Assembly: GCF_900199515.1 (NCBI RefSeq)
Contig: NZ_LT963434.1
Coordinates: forward strand, 813,272 to 845,271
DNA length: 32,000 bases
From: Massilicoli timonensis
Lineage (GTDB): Bacteria > Bacillota_I > Bacilli_A > Erysipelotrichales > Erysipelotrichaceae
Reading direction: 5' to 3'
In this document: in pieces, positions 15,724-25,276 of the stretch
Layout: each line of letters starts with the position of its first letter
Position numbering within the stretch: position 1 is the first letter of the stretch
Made by a program: the position numbers and the translations under genes
Notes under the pieces: model-generated
Told to the model about the DNA's origin: nothing
Database searches by the model: none
The model's input: the letters and a program-made list of their open reading frames with translations, nothing else

Positions 15724-15753
15724 GGACAAAAACGACACCGCAACCGATGCCGT
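15724..15753 (-). terminator. Possible rho-independent terminator after the GH3 gene
   Basis: The minus strand reads acggca-tcggttgcgg-tgtcgt followed by TTTTTGTCC. The stem is 6 bp including one G-U pair, so it is weak. Confidence 0.4.
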
Positions 15754-15812
15754 TTCCTTATCAATTTTGCTGCTTACACTTTTTATGCAAGGCAGAAAAC
15801 AGAACTGCTGTT

Positions 15813-17039
15813 TTACGATTGTTCCAAAGGAATGATTCCGCGATTGATCTTCATTGCCAAGATGCGTTTGACACTTTCATCAATACGAGCCTGCGACAGT
15901 TCTCCCTGTTCCAGCGCATTTTGCAGCGCGGACACAGCCTCCTGCGGATTATCCGGACATAACAGCAGATCTACCCCTGCCGATATCGCCCGCACTGCGA
16001 TTTCTCCACTGCTGTAATAATCGCTCATTGCCCCCATCTGCAAGCCGTCGGTAATGACGACCCCTTCAAAATGCAGTTCCTTACGCAATAGATCCGTAAC
16101 GATCTTGCTTGAAAACGGAGCCGGCTGATCATCAATATCCGGCAAGATCAAATGTGCGATCATTACCATATCACTGCCGGCTTCTATGCCGGATTGAAAC
16201 GGCAATAATTCATTCCCACGCAGTTCATCCAGCGACTTATACACATAAACCGCACCCAGATGCGTATCAGCCGAAGTATCACCATGTCCCGGAAAATGCT
16301 TCAATGCCGTACCGACACCGCCATCGTGAAACCCTTGTACCGCCGCTTTCACCAAGACCCCTGCCTCATGAAAATCATCGCTGTACGCCCGATCACCGAT
16401 GACCGTATTGGCCGGATTCGACCACACATCTGCCACCGGTGCCAAATCAAAATTAAAACCGAGCGCTTTCATATCGGAAGCGATCGTAAACGCATTTTGA
16501 TAAGCGACATCGCTGCCTTGATCCTTATAGTTTAACATCGGTCCGATATAGGTCGTCGATACGCTGTCCATCAGTCGATTGACCCGACCGCCTTCCTCAT
16601 CACAAGTCAAGATCAGCGGGATCTTCGCATAGCTCTGCAAATTGGTCAGCATCGTCCTTACCTGCTCCTGACTGATGAAATTTTGACGACTGTATAAAAT
16701 ACCGCCGACCGGCATTTTCGCTAACGCCTGTGCGCTGACATCCGATGCAGCCGTTACCGGTCCCACACCGGTCAAGCTCTCCGGACTGACGATCAACAGC
16801 TGACACAGCTTCTCATAAGTCGTCATCTCCCGCATCATTCTTTCCGCCTGTTTTTCGATTTGTTGCTTGCGCAGCGTCGCCGCATCGGTTACAGGTGTTT
16901 CCTGTTTCTTTTTTTCTTCCTGCTTCACTGCTTCTTTTTCAGGCGCTGTCGGTGTTTCTTCCTTGCCGAAAAAACCGCACGCCGTACAGCTAAGCAACAA
17001 TGCCGTCATAAGCAGCATACGAATGTGCTTTCTTTTCAT
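15813..17039 (-). CDS. Glycoside hydrolase family 3 N-terminal-domain lipoprotein (beta-N-acetylhexosaminidase, NagZ-like)
   Basis: Signal peptide with lipobox MLLMTALLLSC. Ser/Glu/Lys-rich linker. GH3 signature KHFPGHGDTSADTH and DRAYSDD. Confidence 0.85.
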   Translation of the reverse strand: MKRKHIRMLLMTALLLSCTACGFFGKEETPTAPEKEAVKQEEKKKQETPVTDAATLRKQQIEKQAERMMREMTTYEKLCQLLIVSPESLTGVGPVTAASDVSAQALAKMPVGGILYSRQNFISQEQVRTMLTNLQSYAKIPLILTCDEEGGRVNRLMDSVSTTYIGPMLNYKDQGSDVAYQNAFTIASDMKALGFNFDLAPVADVWSNPANTVIGDRAYSDDFHEAGVLVKAAVQGFHDGGVGTALKHFPGHGDTSADTHLGAVYVYKSLDELRGNELLPFQSGIEAGSDMVMIAHLILPDIDDQPAPFSSKIVTDLLRKELHFEGVVITDGLQMGAMSDYYSSGEIAVRAISAGVDLLLCPDNPQEAVSALQNALEQGELSQARIDESVKRILAMKINRGIIPLEQS

Positions 17040-17047
17040 AAATGCTT

Positions 17048-17749
17048 TTACCTCTTTTCACTTCCATATAAAATATCAAATAATGCGCGCAGATCATCAA
17101 TTTCGTAAGTGAGTGGCAAATGCCCCTTATTTTGCTTATGATGAGGATTAAACCAGCATACATCATAGCCGGCATGGATCCCGCCCGTCATATCCGAAGC
17201 GAGCGAATCGCCGATCAACAGCACCTGATCATGTGCAAAATCAGGAATACGCGCTTCCACATACGTAAAATACTCCTTCTGCGGTTTTTGATAACCGCTT
17301 TCTTCCGATACAAACATCTTCTTGATATAAGGCTTCAAGGCAGATCGATCTAAGCGGCTTCGCTGGGTCTGGGCAATGCCGTTGGTAACCAAATAGAGAT
17401 CAAAATCTTCAGCCAGTCTTGCACATACCGCTAGCGCATCCGGCAAAAGATCACTGCCTTCTCCCAAATAGCGCAAATATTCCTCATTAAATAAAGTGCC
17501 GTCATAGGCGATCTGATACTGTTGAAACAGGCGGGTAAAACGCTGGGATTTGATCGCCTCTTTGTCGATCAGTCCCTTTTCAAACGCTTGCCACAATTCT
17601 GAATTGATCTTTTTATAATCTTGTTTGATTGCTTCATCATGTGGAAAACCGTGCATCTGCAATGCTTTGTCTAATGCCTGCTCTTCCGCCTTCTGAAAAT
17701 CAAACAGAGTATCGTCGGCATCAAACAGTAAAATACGATATGGCTTCAT
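17048..17749 (-). CDS. HAD-IA hydrolase, YjjG-type (noncanonical pyrimidine nucleotidase family)
   Basis: LLFDADDTLFDF (DxDxT), LVTNG, GDSLASDMTGG. 233 aa. Confidence 0.75.
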   Translation of the reverse strand: MKPYRILLFDADDTLFDFQKAEEQALDKALQMHGFPHDEAIKQDYKKINSELWQAFEKGLIDKEAIKSQRFTRLFQQYQIAYDGTLFNEEYLRYLGEGSDLLPDALAVCARLAEDFDLYLVTNGIAQTQRSRLDRSALKPYIKKMFVSEESGYQKPQKEYFTYVEARIPDFAHDQVLLIGDSLASDMTGGIHAGYDVCWFNPHHKQNKGHLPLTYEIDDLRALFDILYGSEKR

Positions 17750-17755
17750 AACGTC

Positions 17756-19036
17756 TTATGCTTCTTTCTTCGCCTTTGCCATAAACGATTCGATCTCTTC
17801 CACGCTTTTCAAGATACCTTCCGACAGATCGATCGCCCCGGTTTCCGTGATCAGAATATCATCTTCGATGCGGATACCGATGCCTTCTTCTTCCACATAG
17901 ATGCCCGGCTCTACGGTAATGACCATGCCCGGTTCTAACACCTGCTCATTTCGCAGGCTGATATCATGCGTATCTAATCCCAAATGATGAGAAACGCCAT
18001 GCCAATAATAGTCTGCTACTTGCTTGCCGTTTCGATCTAATCCCAAGCGATGCAGATTCTCTTCATAATGGCGGATGACCATATTTTGCAGATCGCGCAG
18101 TTCCATTCCCGCTTTCGCTGTATGGATGATCTTTTCCTGTATTTCCAAGACCAGCTCATATAATTCTTTCTGCCGCGGTGTGAATTTGCCGTTTACCGGG
18201 AACGTGCGGGAAATATCGGCACAGTAATGCTGATGGGTGCTGCCCAGATCCAATAATACCAGTTCGCCGTCTTTTACGATCTGGTCATTGTCGCTGTAAT
18301 GCAGCGTTGTCGCCCTTGCTCCGCCGGCTACGATGCTCGGAAACGCATGCTCTTTTACGCCCTGCTTTGCCAGTGCAAAATCAAATGCGCCCTCTAATGC
18401 CCGTTCATTGACTCCCGGCTTGGCATAGGCCATCAATTCCTCGATCGCCTGCTTGGTCGTCTGCTGGGCTTTTCGCATACAAGCGATTTCCGCCTTTGAT
18501 TTCACAATACGCAAAGCCACCAAACGATCATAAATATCGCTGATCCAGCAGTCCGGATACTGATGACGAACATAAGCCGCAAACGCATGCGCCGGCGTAT
18601 CGTCCTGATCGACACGATATTTCCATAAATCTAAGCCGAATGTCAGCGGACAGCCGTCACGATGATAAACGATCTTATCATGCAGATGTTCCTTCAGTTG
18701 TTCGATCGGATAAACCGCGTCCACTCCGCTGATTTCCATTGCTTCTTTCTCTTTCATGCGCGGACCGACCCATTTTGCCAATTCTGCATCATATGGCGGA
18801 ATAAATAATTCACTTTTGACCTCACCCTGCAAGTTGTGCATGAGCAATACCATATCCGCACGGTCAATACCGCATAAATAATAAAAACTACGATCTACGG
18901 AAAACGGATATTCCTCATCCGCACTGCGCATGATCGTCTTGCCCGAAAAAAGCAGCACGACACTTTTTTCATCCATCTGCTCCATCAGGGCAAGTCTGCG
19001 TTCTTGATATAACGCAGCGGTAATCATTTCATTCAT
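17756..19036 (-). CDS. Xaa-Pro aminopeptidase (M24B family)
   Basis: Start chosen at MNEMITAALYQERR (ATG 19036, AAGGAAG SD upstream). Metal-ligand motifs LLDLG...YCADISRT, HGVSHHLGLDTHD, VEPGIY and IRIEDD. Confidence 0.85.
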   Translation of the reverse strand: MNEMITAALYQERRLALMEQMDEKSVVLLFSGKTIMRSADEEYPFSVDRSFYYLCGIDRADMVLLMHNLQGEVKSELFIPPYDAELAKWVGPRMKEKEAMEISGVDAVYPIEQLKEHLHDKIVYHRDGCPLTFGLDLWKYRVDQDDTPAHAFAAYVRHQYPDCWISDIYDRLVALRIVKSKAEIACMRKAQQTTKQAIEELMAYAKPGVNERALEGAFDFALAKQGVKEHAFPSIVAGGARATTLHYSDNDQIVKDGELVLLDLGSTHQHYCADISRTFPVNGKFTPRQKELYELVLEIQEKIIHTAKAGMELRDLQNMVIRHYEENLHRLGLDRNGKQVADYYWHGVSHHLGLDTHDISLRNEQVLEPGMVITVEPGIYVEEEGIGIRIEDDILITETGAIDLSEGILKSVEEIESFMAKAKKEA

Positions 19037-19197
19037 AAATTCACTTCCTTTTTTAGTATCATACCATAATTTATGACTTTCCACCACTTAGACGGATCTT
19101 TTATGATACAATAACCATAGTGCATGGAAGATCATGAAAATGATGATGAACGTGATGATATCAGATCAGCTATGCGAATGAAGAAAAGAGGGATCGT

Positions 19198-20568
19198 ATG
19201 GAACTGCGGCAGCAATTGGAAAGACAGCGTCAGTATTTTCAAAGCGGACAGACAAAGTCTTATGCGCATCGAATGGCGGCATTAAACAAGATCGAAGCCT
19301 GGATCCATAAGCATGAAGCAATGATTCAGGACGCTTTATATCAGGATTTGCGAAAAGCACCGAGCGAAGCATATATGAGCGAGATCGGCATGACGCTGAG
19401 TGAACTGCGTTTTCAGATGAAGCATCTGCGCAAATGGATGAAGCCGGTATCGGTGCCAATGCCGCTTGCCCATTTTTACAGCCGCGGTTTTTATGATCAT
19501 GAACCATATGGGGTCGTATTGATCATGGCGCCTTGGAATTATCCTTTTTTGCTTTGCATGGAGCCTTTGATCGGCGCGATCGCGGCCGGCAACTGTGTGA
19601 TCTTAAAACCATCTGCCTATGCGCCGCATACCTCTTCCCTACTGGCAAAGATGATAGAAGCATTATTTGATCCGGCATTTATCACTTGTATAGAGGGCGG
19701 CAGAGAAGCCAATACACAGTTATTGGAGGAGCGCTTTGACTACATCTTTTTTACCGGCAGCGTTGCCGTAGCAAAGACCGTCATGGAAAAAGCAAGCCGT
19801 CATTTGACTCCGGTTACTTTGGAACTGGGTGGAAAAAGTCCCTGTATCGTAGAGCGCAGCGCCCATTTGAAAAGTGCGGCGAAGCGCATCGTCTTCGGCA
19901 AGTTTCTCAACAGCGGACAGACTTGTGTAGCGCCTGATTACCTGCTGGTCGATGAAACGATCCAGGCGGCGCTGGTAAAGGAAATCATCACGCAGATCAA
20001 ACTGGCATTTCCAAGTGATCCGCTTCAGGATCCCCATTTGCCAAAGATCATCAATGCAAAACATATGCGCAGGCTATGTGCTTTATTAAACGATCAATCC
20101 TTGTTATACGGCGGTAGATTTGATGAAGAGAAGCAGTTGATCGAACCGACTTTGGTGGAGTTGAATGATATAAACAATGTGCTGATGCAGGAGGAGATCT
20201 TCGGACCGATCCTGCCGATCCTTACCTATCAAAGTCTTCCTGAGGCCATTCAGCTGATCAAGAAGCAGGAAAAGCCGTTGGCGCTGTATTTGTTTACCCG
20301 AGATCGAAAAGCGGTGAAAAAAGTGCTTTCTGCCTGCAGCTTCGGCGGTGGCTGCATCAATGATACGATCATTCAGTTATCGACTTCCCGGCTTGGATTC
20401 GGCGGGGTCGGCAACAGCGGCATGGGCAGTTATCACGGCTATGAGAGCTTTCGTACCTTCTCGCATCGCCGCAGCATCGTCAAAAAAGCGATCAGGGCAG
20501 ATGTGCCGGTGCGCTTTCGTCCTTATTCCAAAGCAAAAGATCAAATCATTCGGCGTTTTCTGAAATGA
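19198..20568 (+). CDS. Aldehyde dehydrogenase, class-3-like NAD(P)+-dependent
   Basis: 456 aa. ELGGKSP, catalytic-Cys segment FLNSGQTCVAPDY, EEIFGPILPI. SD AGAGGGA upstream. Confidence 0.9.
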   Translation: MELRQQLERQRQYFQSGQTKSYAHRMAALNKIEAWIHKHEAMIQDALYQDLRKAPSEAYMSEIGMTLSELRFQMKHLRKWMKPVSVPMPLAHFYSRGFYDHEPYGVVLIMAPWNYPFLLCMEPLIGAIAAGNCVILKPSAYAPHTSSLLAKMIEALFDPAFITCIEGGREANTQLLEERFDYIFFTGSVAVAKTVMEKASRHLTPVTLELGGKSPCIVERSAHLKSAAKRIVFGKFLNSGQTCVAPDYLLVDETIQAALVKEIITQIKLAFPSDPLQDPHLPKIINAKHMRRLCALLNDQSLLYGGRFDEEKQLIEPTLVELNDINNVLMQEEIFGPILPILTYQSLPEAIQLIKKQEKPLALYLFTRDRKAVKKVLSACSFGGGCINDTIIQLSTSRLGFGGVGNSGMGSYHGYESFRTFSHRRSIVKKAIRADVPVRFRPYSKAKDQIIRRFLK

Positions 20569-20586
20569 TGCCGGAAAGGAGCCTAT

Positions 20587-21441
20587 ATGAAGCATAGCTT
20601 ATTAGAACAATGTAAAACGATCATTCTGATCCTGATCGGCAATGCGATACTGGCATTTGCCATCGCGGCGTTTATTTTGCCGGCGCGCCTGATTGCAGGA
20701 GGAACGACCGGACTGGCGCTGCTCGGCGAACATTTTTTCGGTCTGCGCATTTCCCTCAGCGTATTGATCGTCAATATCGTCATGTTTGTGCTGGGCTTTT
20801 GGATCCTCGGTAAAAAGTTTGCCTTGACGACCATTTTATCCACCCTGATCTATCCGCTGTTTCTCGATGTGTTTTCTTCGATGGACGCATTACAGGATCT
20901 CAGCGATGATCTGTTGCTTTCAGCGGTCTATGCCGGTCTGTTGATCGGTGTTGGCATCGGACTTGTCATCAAAGCAGGCGCATCTACCGGCGGCATGGAC
21001 ATCCCGCCGCTGATCTTACAGAAGAAATACGATCTGCCGGTCAGTGTTACGCTTTATCTGTTTGATACGACGATCCTGCTCGCCCAGATGGCTTTTTCTT
21101 CCACCAGTCAGGTATTGCACGGAATCATGGTCGTTCTGCTTACCTCGCTTGTCATCAATAAAGTGCTGCTGTTTGGCAAAGGACAGATGCAGATGCTCAT
21201 CATTTCCGATCGCTATGAGGAAATAAAAGATGCTTTCTTACATGATCTGGACTGCGGCGTTACGCTTGTGGATATTGAAACCGGTTGGGGAAAGGTGGCA
21301 CAAAAGGCAGTCTTATCCGTATTGTCCCATCGTAAGCTGACCGAAGCAAAGCAGATCGTCATGCGCATCGATGACAAAGCATTTATGATGATCAACGAAA
21401 CGACCGAAGTGCATGGGCGCGGCTATACCATTGCCCGCTAA
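20587..21441 (+). CDS. YitT family membrane protein, paralog 2
   Basis: 284 aa. GASTGGMDIPPLIL plus a C-terminal DUF2179-like domain (AFMMINETTEVHGRGY). Confidence 0.8.
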   Translation: MKHSLLEQCKTIILILIGNAILAFAIAAFILPARLIAGGTTGLALLGEHFFGLRISLSVLIVNIVMFVLGFWILGKKFALTTILSTLIYPLFLDVFSSMDALQDLSDDLLLSAVYAGLLIGVGIGLVIKAGASTGGMDIPPLILQKKYDLPVSVTLYLFDTTILLAQMAFSSTSQVLHGIMVVLLTSLVINKVLLFGKGQMQMLIISDRYEEIKDAFLHDLDCGVTLVDIETGWGKVAQKAVLSVLSHRKLTEAKQIVMRIDDKAFMMINETTEVHGRGYTIAR

Positions 21442-21457
21442 CAGAAAGGAGCTTGTT

Positions 21458-22192
21458 ATGCAGCAGTATTTTGTAAAAGAGCACATTGTATTAGATCAGC
21501 CGATCCAAATGGATGACGAGGCGTTTCATCATATTTCACATGTGCTGCGCATGAAGGAAAACGACATCATTCGCTTATGTGATGAAAGACAGCTGTGCTA
21601 TGCCCGCCTGCATTTTGAAAACGGTGCGGTTTATGCACTGCCTTATGAAAGGATCGAAGATAAGACCAAGACAGCGGTTCCCATCACTTTGGCAATGGGA
21701 TTGATCAAAGGTGATAAATGGGATCTGCTGATCCAAAAGGCATGTGAGTTAGGAGTGGAACAGATCATACCTTTTACCAGCAGTCGCTGTGTCGTAAAAA
21801 ACAAAGCGGAAAAGCAGGATAAAAAACTGACCCGCTGGAACAAGATCGCAAAGGAAGCATGTGAACAGTGCAAGCGCTCTGCTCTTGTGAAAGTACATGC
21901 GCCGATTCCTTTTGCGGAACTTACAAAATGGACGCAGCCGAATGCCTTAAAGTTGATTGCCTATGAAGACGCGGATCTGGAAGGGCAGCATCTTGCATCA
22001 TTATTGGCGCAGCACAAAAAACCTTCGCATGTGCTGATCGTGATCGGTGCGGAAGGCGGTTTTGCCAAGGAAGAAGTGGAACTGCTGCGGCAACATGATT
22101 TTGCCTGTGTATCGCTGGGAGGAAGAATTCTACGGGCGGAGACCGCTGCCTTTTATGCTTTGTCTGTCATTTCTTTTTATTACGAATTATGA
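21458..22192 (+). CDS. rsmE: 16S rRNA (uracil1498-N3)-methyltransferase
   Basis: Start at MQQYFV (AAAGGAG SD). GLIKGDKWDLLIQKACELGV, IGAEGGFAKEEV, SLGGRILRAETA. Confidence 0.85.
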   Translation: MQQYFVKEHIVLDQPIQMDDEAFHHISHVLRMKENDIIRLCDERQLCYARLHFENGAVYALPYERIEDKTKTAVPITLAMGLIKGDKWDLLIQKACELGVEQIIPFTSSRCVVKNKAEKQDKKLTRWNKIAKEACEQCKRSALVKVHAPIPFAELTKWTQPNALKLIAYEDADLEGQHLASLLAQHKKPSHVLIVIGAEGGFAKEEVELLRQHDFACVSLGGRILRAETAAFYALSVISFYYEL

Positions 22193-22365
22193 TCATAGAC
22201 ATCATTGGAAAAACGCTTTGTGTATGCTTGATTCCCATGATGTTTTTTTATTGACTGGTATTGATAGAACAGGTATGCATCCATTACCCAAAGATGCGGC
22301 ATAGTAAAAGATCAGCAGCTTCAAAACAAGGCAGAAAAGGCTCTTTTTAACAGTCTTAATTGCTA

Positions 22366-22394
22366 TTGTACTCTTTTCTAAAAAGGTATATAAT
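22366..22394 (+). promoter_or_regulatory. Sigma-A type promoter of the panT-coaBC-coaX operon
   Basis: TTGTAC (22366-22371), N17, TATAAT (22389-22394). This implies a leader of about 165 nt. Confidence 0.5.
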
Positions 22395-22434
22395 GTATAA
22401 GCCAAAAAATATTTTTTTCACAACTACTGATTCC

Positions 22435-22446
22435 GAGAACGTTCTC
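22435..22446. promoter_or_regulatory. Perfect 12-bp palindrome in the CoA-operon leader
   Basis: GAGAACGTTCTC, flanked on both sides by CTGATT. Confidence 0.4.
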
Positions 22447-22564
22447 CTTTCCTGATTAGGGCAGAATAATCGTGAGGACGATGAACAGTAAGTATCTGTC
22501 TGTGCTTAAAATACGGCATTTTTATATGCGCTACATCTTCTATGAGTAGCAGCGGAGGTAAGTT

Positions 22565-23197
22565 ATGAAACAAAAACAAACAACGACAATGGCGTTTTAT
22601 GCCCTGTTTGTCGCGATCGAGCTGGTGCTGATGTTTACGCCGCTTGGCTTTATTCCTCTAAGCGCCATCAAGATCACGACGATGCACATTCCCGTTATCA
22701 TTGCGGGAATCGTATTAGGCGTAAAAGGCGGCAGTCTGATTGGGGCGGTATTCGGGATCTGTTCGGTGATCAACGCCACGATCAACCCGGTGCCTACTTC
22801 ATTCGTCTTTACTCCTTTTTACAGCATCGGAGCAGTCAGCGGCAATTTCTACTCCTTGCTCATTGCCATCGTACCGCGTATCATGATCGGAGTCGTCAGC
22901 GCCCTGCTGTATCGTTTCTTGAAAAATTTACGCACCAATGATTCCATCGCAACGGTAATCTGCGGATTTGCCGGCTCAATGACAAATACGGTCTTAGTAA
23001 TGGGCGGCATCTATTTATTTTTCGGTCCGGATTATGCGGCGGCGCTTGATATGAGCTACGATCTGCTGCTCGGCGCAATCATGGGCATCGTTACTTATAA
23101 CGGCGTGATCGAGGCAATCGCAGCGGCAGTCATGGTCTGTGTGATCTGCAAAGCGCTGGCGCCTATGACACGCAAATACTTTCATACAAACGCTTAA
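22565..23197 (+). CDS. panT: ECF-transporter S (substrate-capture) component, probably pantothenate-specific by context
   Basis: 210 aa, about 6 TM helices, GGAGGT SD. It lies directly upstream of coaBC and coaX. No EcfA/A'/T genes are in the window. The specificity is inferred from context. Confidence 0.65.
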   Translation: MKQKQTTTMAFYALFVAIELVLMFTPLGFIPLSAIKITTMHIPVIIAGIVLGVKGGSLIGAVFGICSVINATINPVPTSFVFTPFYSIGAVSGNFYSLLIAIVPRIMIGVVSALLYRFLKNLRTNDSIATVICGFAGSMTNTVLVMGGIYLFFGPDYAAALDMSYDLLLGAIMGIVTYNGVIEAIAAAVMVCVICKALAPMTRKYFHTNA

Positions 23198-23225
23198 CAA
23201 CACTGAAGACAGCGAGGTAAAACAA

Positions 23226-24422
23226 ATGGAAAAGAAAACGGTCCTGCTTGGCATAAGCGGCGGTATTGCGGCTTTCAAAAGCGTTCAATTAACAAGTGAT
23301 CTGATCAAAAAAGGCTATGATGTCGAGGTCATCATGACCCCGCACGCATGTGAATTTGTAAAGCCGTTAAGCTTTGAGGCTTTGACCAATCATAATGTTT
23401 GCGTCGATATGTTCGATTCGCATGTCGTGCGCAGCACCAAACACATTTCACTAGCCAAAAAAGCAGATGTCTTTATGATCGTACCGGCGACTGCCAACGT
23501 CATTGCGAAAATCGTACATGGAATTGCGGATGATATGTTGACGACGACTTTTTTAGCGGCAACCTGTCCTAAGATCATCGCTCCGGCAATGAATACCAAT
23601 ATGTATGAAAATCCGATTACCCAAAACAATCTGGCGCTTTGTCGATCTTATGGCTATCACGTAGTCGATGCCGCAAACGGCTTTCTGGCATGCGGGGATC
23701 ATGGAAGCGGGAAACTCGCTGATCTTTCGATCTTGATGGAGGCGATCGAAGACGCTTTACAGACGGAAAAACCGCTGCAAGGCAAAAAGGTCGTCATTAC
23801 CGGCGGGCCGACACAGGAAGCGATCGATCCGGTTCGCTATATCACCAATCATTCGTCCGGGAAAATGGGACATGCTTTGGCAGTTGCCGCAAAGCGTCTA
23901 GGCGCATCGGTAACTTACATCCACGGACCGATCAATCTGCCTGCGGTATATGGGGCAGACGATGTCGCCATTACCAGTGCACAGGAACTGTTCACCGCCG
24001 TAAAAGATACTTATGCGGATGCTGATTTTATCATCATGGCGGCGGCGGTCGGCGATTACCGCTGTTCTTCCATTGCAGCTGAAAAAATCAAAAAGAACGA
24101 TGCTGTTTTGACTTTAGAATTAACCAAAAATCCGGATATTCTCGCATGGCTGGGCGAACATGTTTCCGCCAAATGCGTCTTATGCGGATTTGCGATGGAA
24201 ACACAGGATCTGTTAGCGCATGCGACCGACAAATTCAAAAAGAAACACTGTGATCTGTTAGTTGCCAACAGTTTGAAAACAAGCGGCGCCGGTTTTCAGT
24301 GTGATACCAATATCGTTACGATCATAAGTGAAACACAGAGTGAAGAACTGCCGATCATGGATAAATCGGCATTGGCCTATGAAATCTGGGAGCGTTTGAT
24401 TGCGCTGTACCATAAGAAATGA
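23226..24422 (+). CDS. coaBC: Bifunctional phosphopantothenoylcysteine decarboxylase / phosphopantothenate-cysteine ligase
   Basis: 398 aa. N-terminal flavoprotein domain (ISGGIAAFKS, PATANVIAKIVHGIADDMLT). C-terminal CoaB domain (ITGGPTQEAIDPVRYITNHSSGKMG). Confidence 0.9.
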   Translation: MEKKTVLLGISGGIAAFKSVQLTSDLIKKGYDVEVIMTPHACEFVKPLSFEALTNHNVCVDMFDSHVVRSTKHISLAKKADVFMIVPATANVIAKIVHGIADDMLTTTFLAATCPKIIAPAMNTNMYENPITQNNLALCRSYGYHVVDAANGFLACGDHGSGKLADLSILMEAIEDALQTEKPLQGKKVVITGGPTQEAIDPVRYITNHSSGKMGHALAVAAKRLGASVTYIHGPINLPAVYGADDVAITSAQELFTAVKDTYADADFIIMAAAVGDYRCSSIAAEKIKKNDAVLTLELTKNPDILAWLGEHVSAKCVLCGFAMETQDLLAHATDKFKKKHCDLLVANSLKTSGAGFQCDTNIVTIISETQSEELPIMDKSALAYEIWERLIALYHKK

Positions 24423-24432
24423 GGAATTAGAA

Positions 24433-25209
24433 ATGTTAGTAGTAGTTGATATCGGAAATACCAATATTACCTTAGGGATCTATGACGGCGATACGCTGCT
24501 CGGCAGTTTCCGCTTAACCACTAAATTGAAGCGTACCAGCGATGAATTCGGCTCTTCGATCCTGTCCTTTTTATCTGCGAATCAGGTTACGATCGACGAA
24601 ATCGACGATGTGATCATCGCCAGCGTCGTTCCTAAGATCATGCACTCCTTTAATAACGGTGTACGCAAATATCTGAAAAAAGAACCGATCATCATCGGAC
24701 CGGGCATTCGTACCGGCATTTCCGTACAAACAGACTCTCCGCGCACGCTTGGCGCCGATCGAATCGTCGATGCGGCAGGCGCTTATTATACTTATGGGGG
24801 ACCGGTGCTTGTCATTGATTTCGGTACTGCTACCACATATGACTACATTGCGGCTGATACGACCTTTCAATACGGTGTGATCGCACCCGGCATTGAGATC
24901 AGTGCACAGGCGCTTTGGACCCAAGCTGCCAAGCTGCAGGAAATCGAAATCAAGAAGCCGCGTTCGATCTTATGTAAAAATACCGTTTCTTCCATGCAGG
25001 CCGGCTTGATCTACGGCTACATCGGACAGGTAGAATATATCATCAAAGAATTTAAGCGCGCGCTCAAGACCGATATGAAAGTCGTAGCGACCGGCGGTTT
25101 GGGACGAATCCTCTATAAAGAAACCGATCTGATCGATCTCTATGATCCGGATCTGACATTCAAAGGCTTAAAGATCATTTACGACAAATGCACCGGAAAT
25201 GACCGCTGA
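24433..25209 (+). CDS. coaX: Type III pantothenate kinase
   Basis: Start at MLVVVDIGNTNITLG (GAGGAA SD at 24421-24426). GADR, VIDFGTATT, ATGG. Confidence 0.9.
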   Translation: MLVVVDIGNTNITLGIYDGDTLLGSFRLTTKLKRTSDEFGSSILSFLSANQVTIDEIDDVIIASVVPKIMHSFNNGVRKYLKKEPIIIGPGIRTGISVQTDSPRTLGADRIVDAAGAYYTYGGPVLVIDFGTATTYDYIAADTTFQYGVIAPGIEISAQALWTQAAKLQEIEIKKPRSILCKNTVSSMQAGLIYGYIGQVEYIIKEFKRALKTDMKVVATGGLGRILYKETDLIDLYDPDLTFKGLKIIYDKCTGNDR

Positions 25210-25211
25210 TA

Positions 25212-25258
25212 AAAACCTTCTATGCACAGAAAAGAAAGTACTGTTCATAGAAGGTTTT
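25212..25258. terminator. Bidirectional rho-independent terminator
   Basis: Perfect 13-bp stem aaaaccttctatg (25212-25224) / catagaaggtttt (25246-25258), between convergent coaX and the AAA+ gene. Confidence 0.75.
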
Positions 25259-25276
25259 ATTTTATATCTTGTTTCC

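Noticed and set aside
15558-15962. 134-aa plus-strand ORF
   Set aside because: Half of it is antisense to the GH3 gene and the rest is AT-rich intergenic sequence. It has no SD and an implausible Cys/Phe-rich sequence.
19166-19507. 113-aa minus-strand ORF
   Set aside because: It is antisense to the 5' end of the well-supported aldehyde dehydrogenase gene.
22202-22405. 67-aa minus-strand TTG-initiated ORF between rsmE and panT
   Set aside because: It has no SD, overlaps the predicted plus-strand promoter of the CoA operon, and has no recognisable features.
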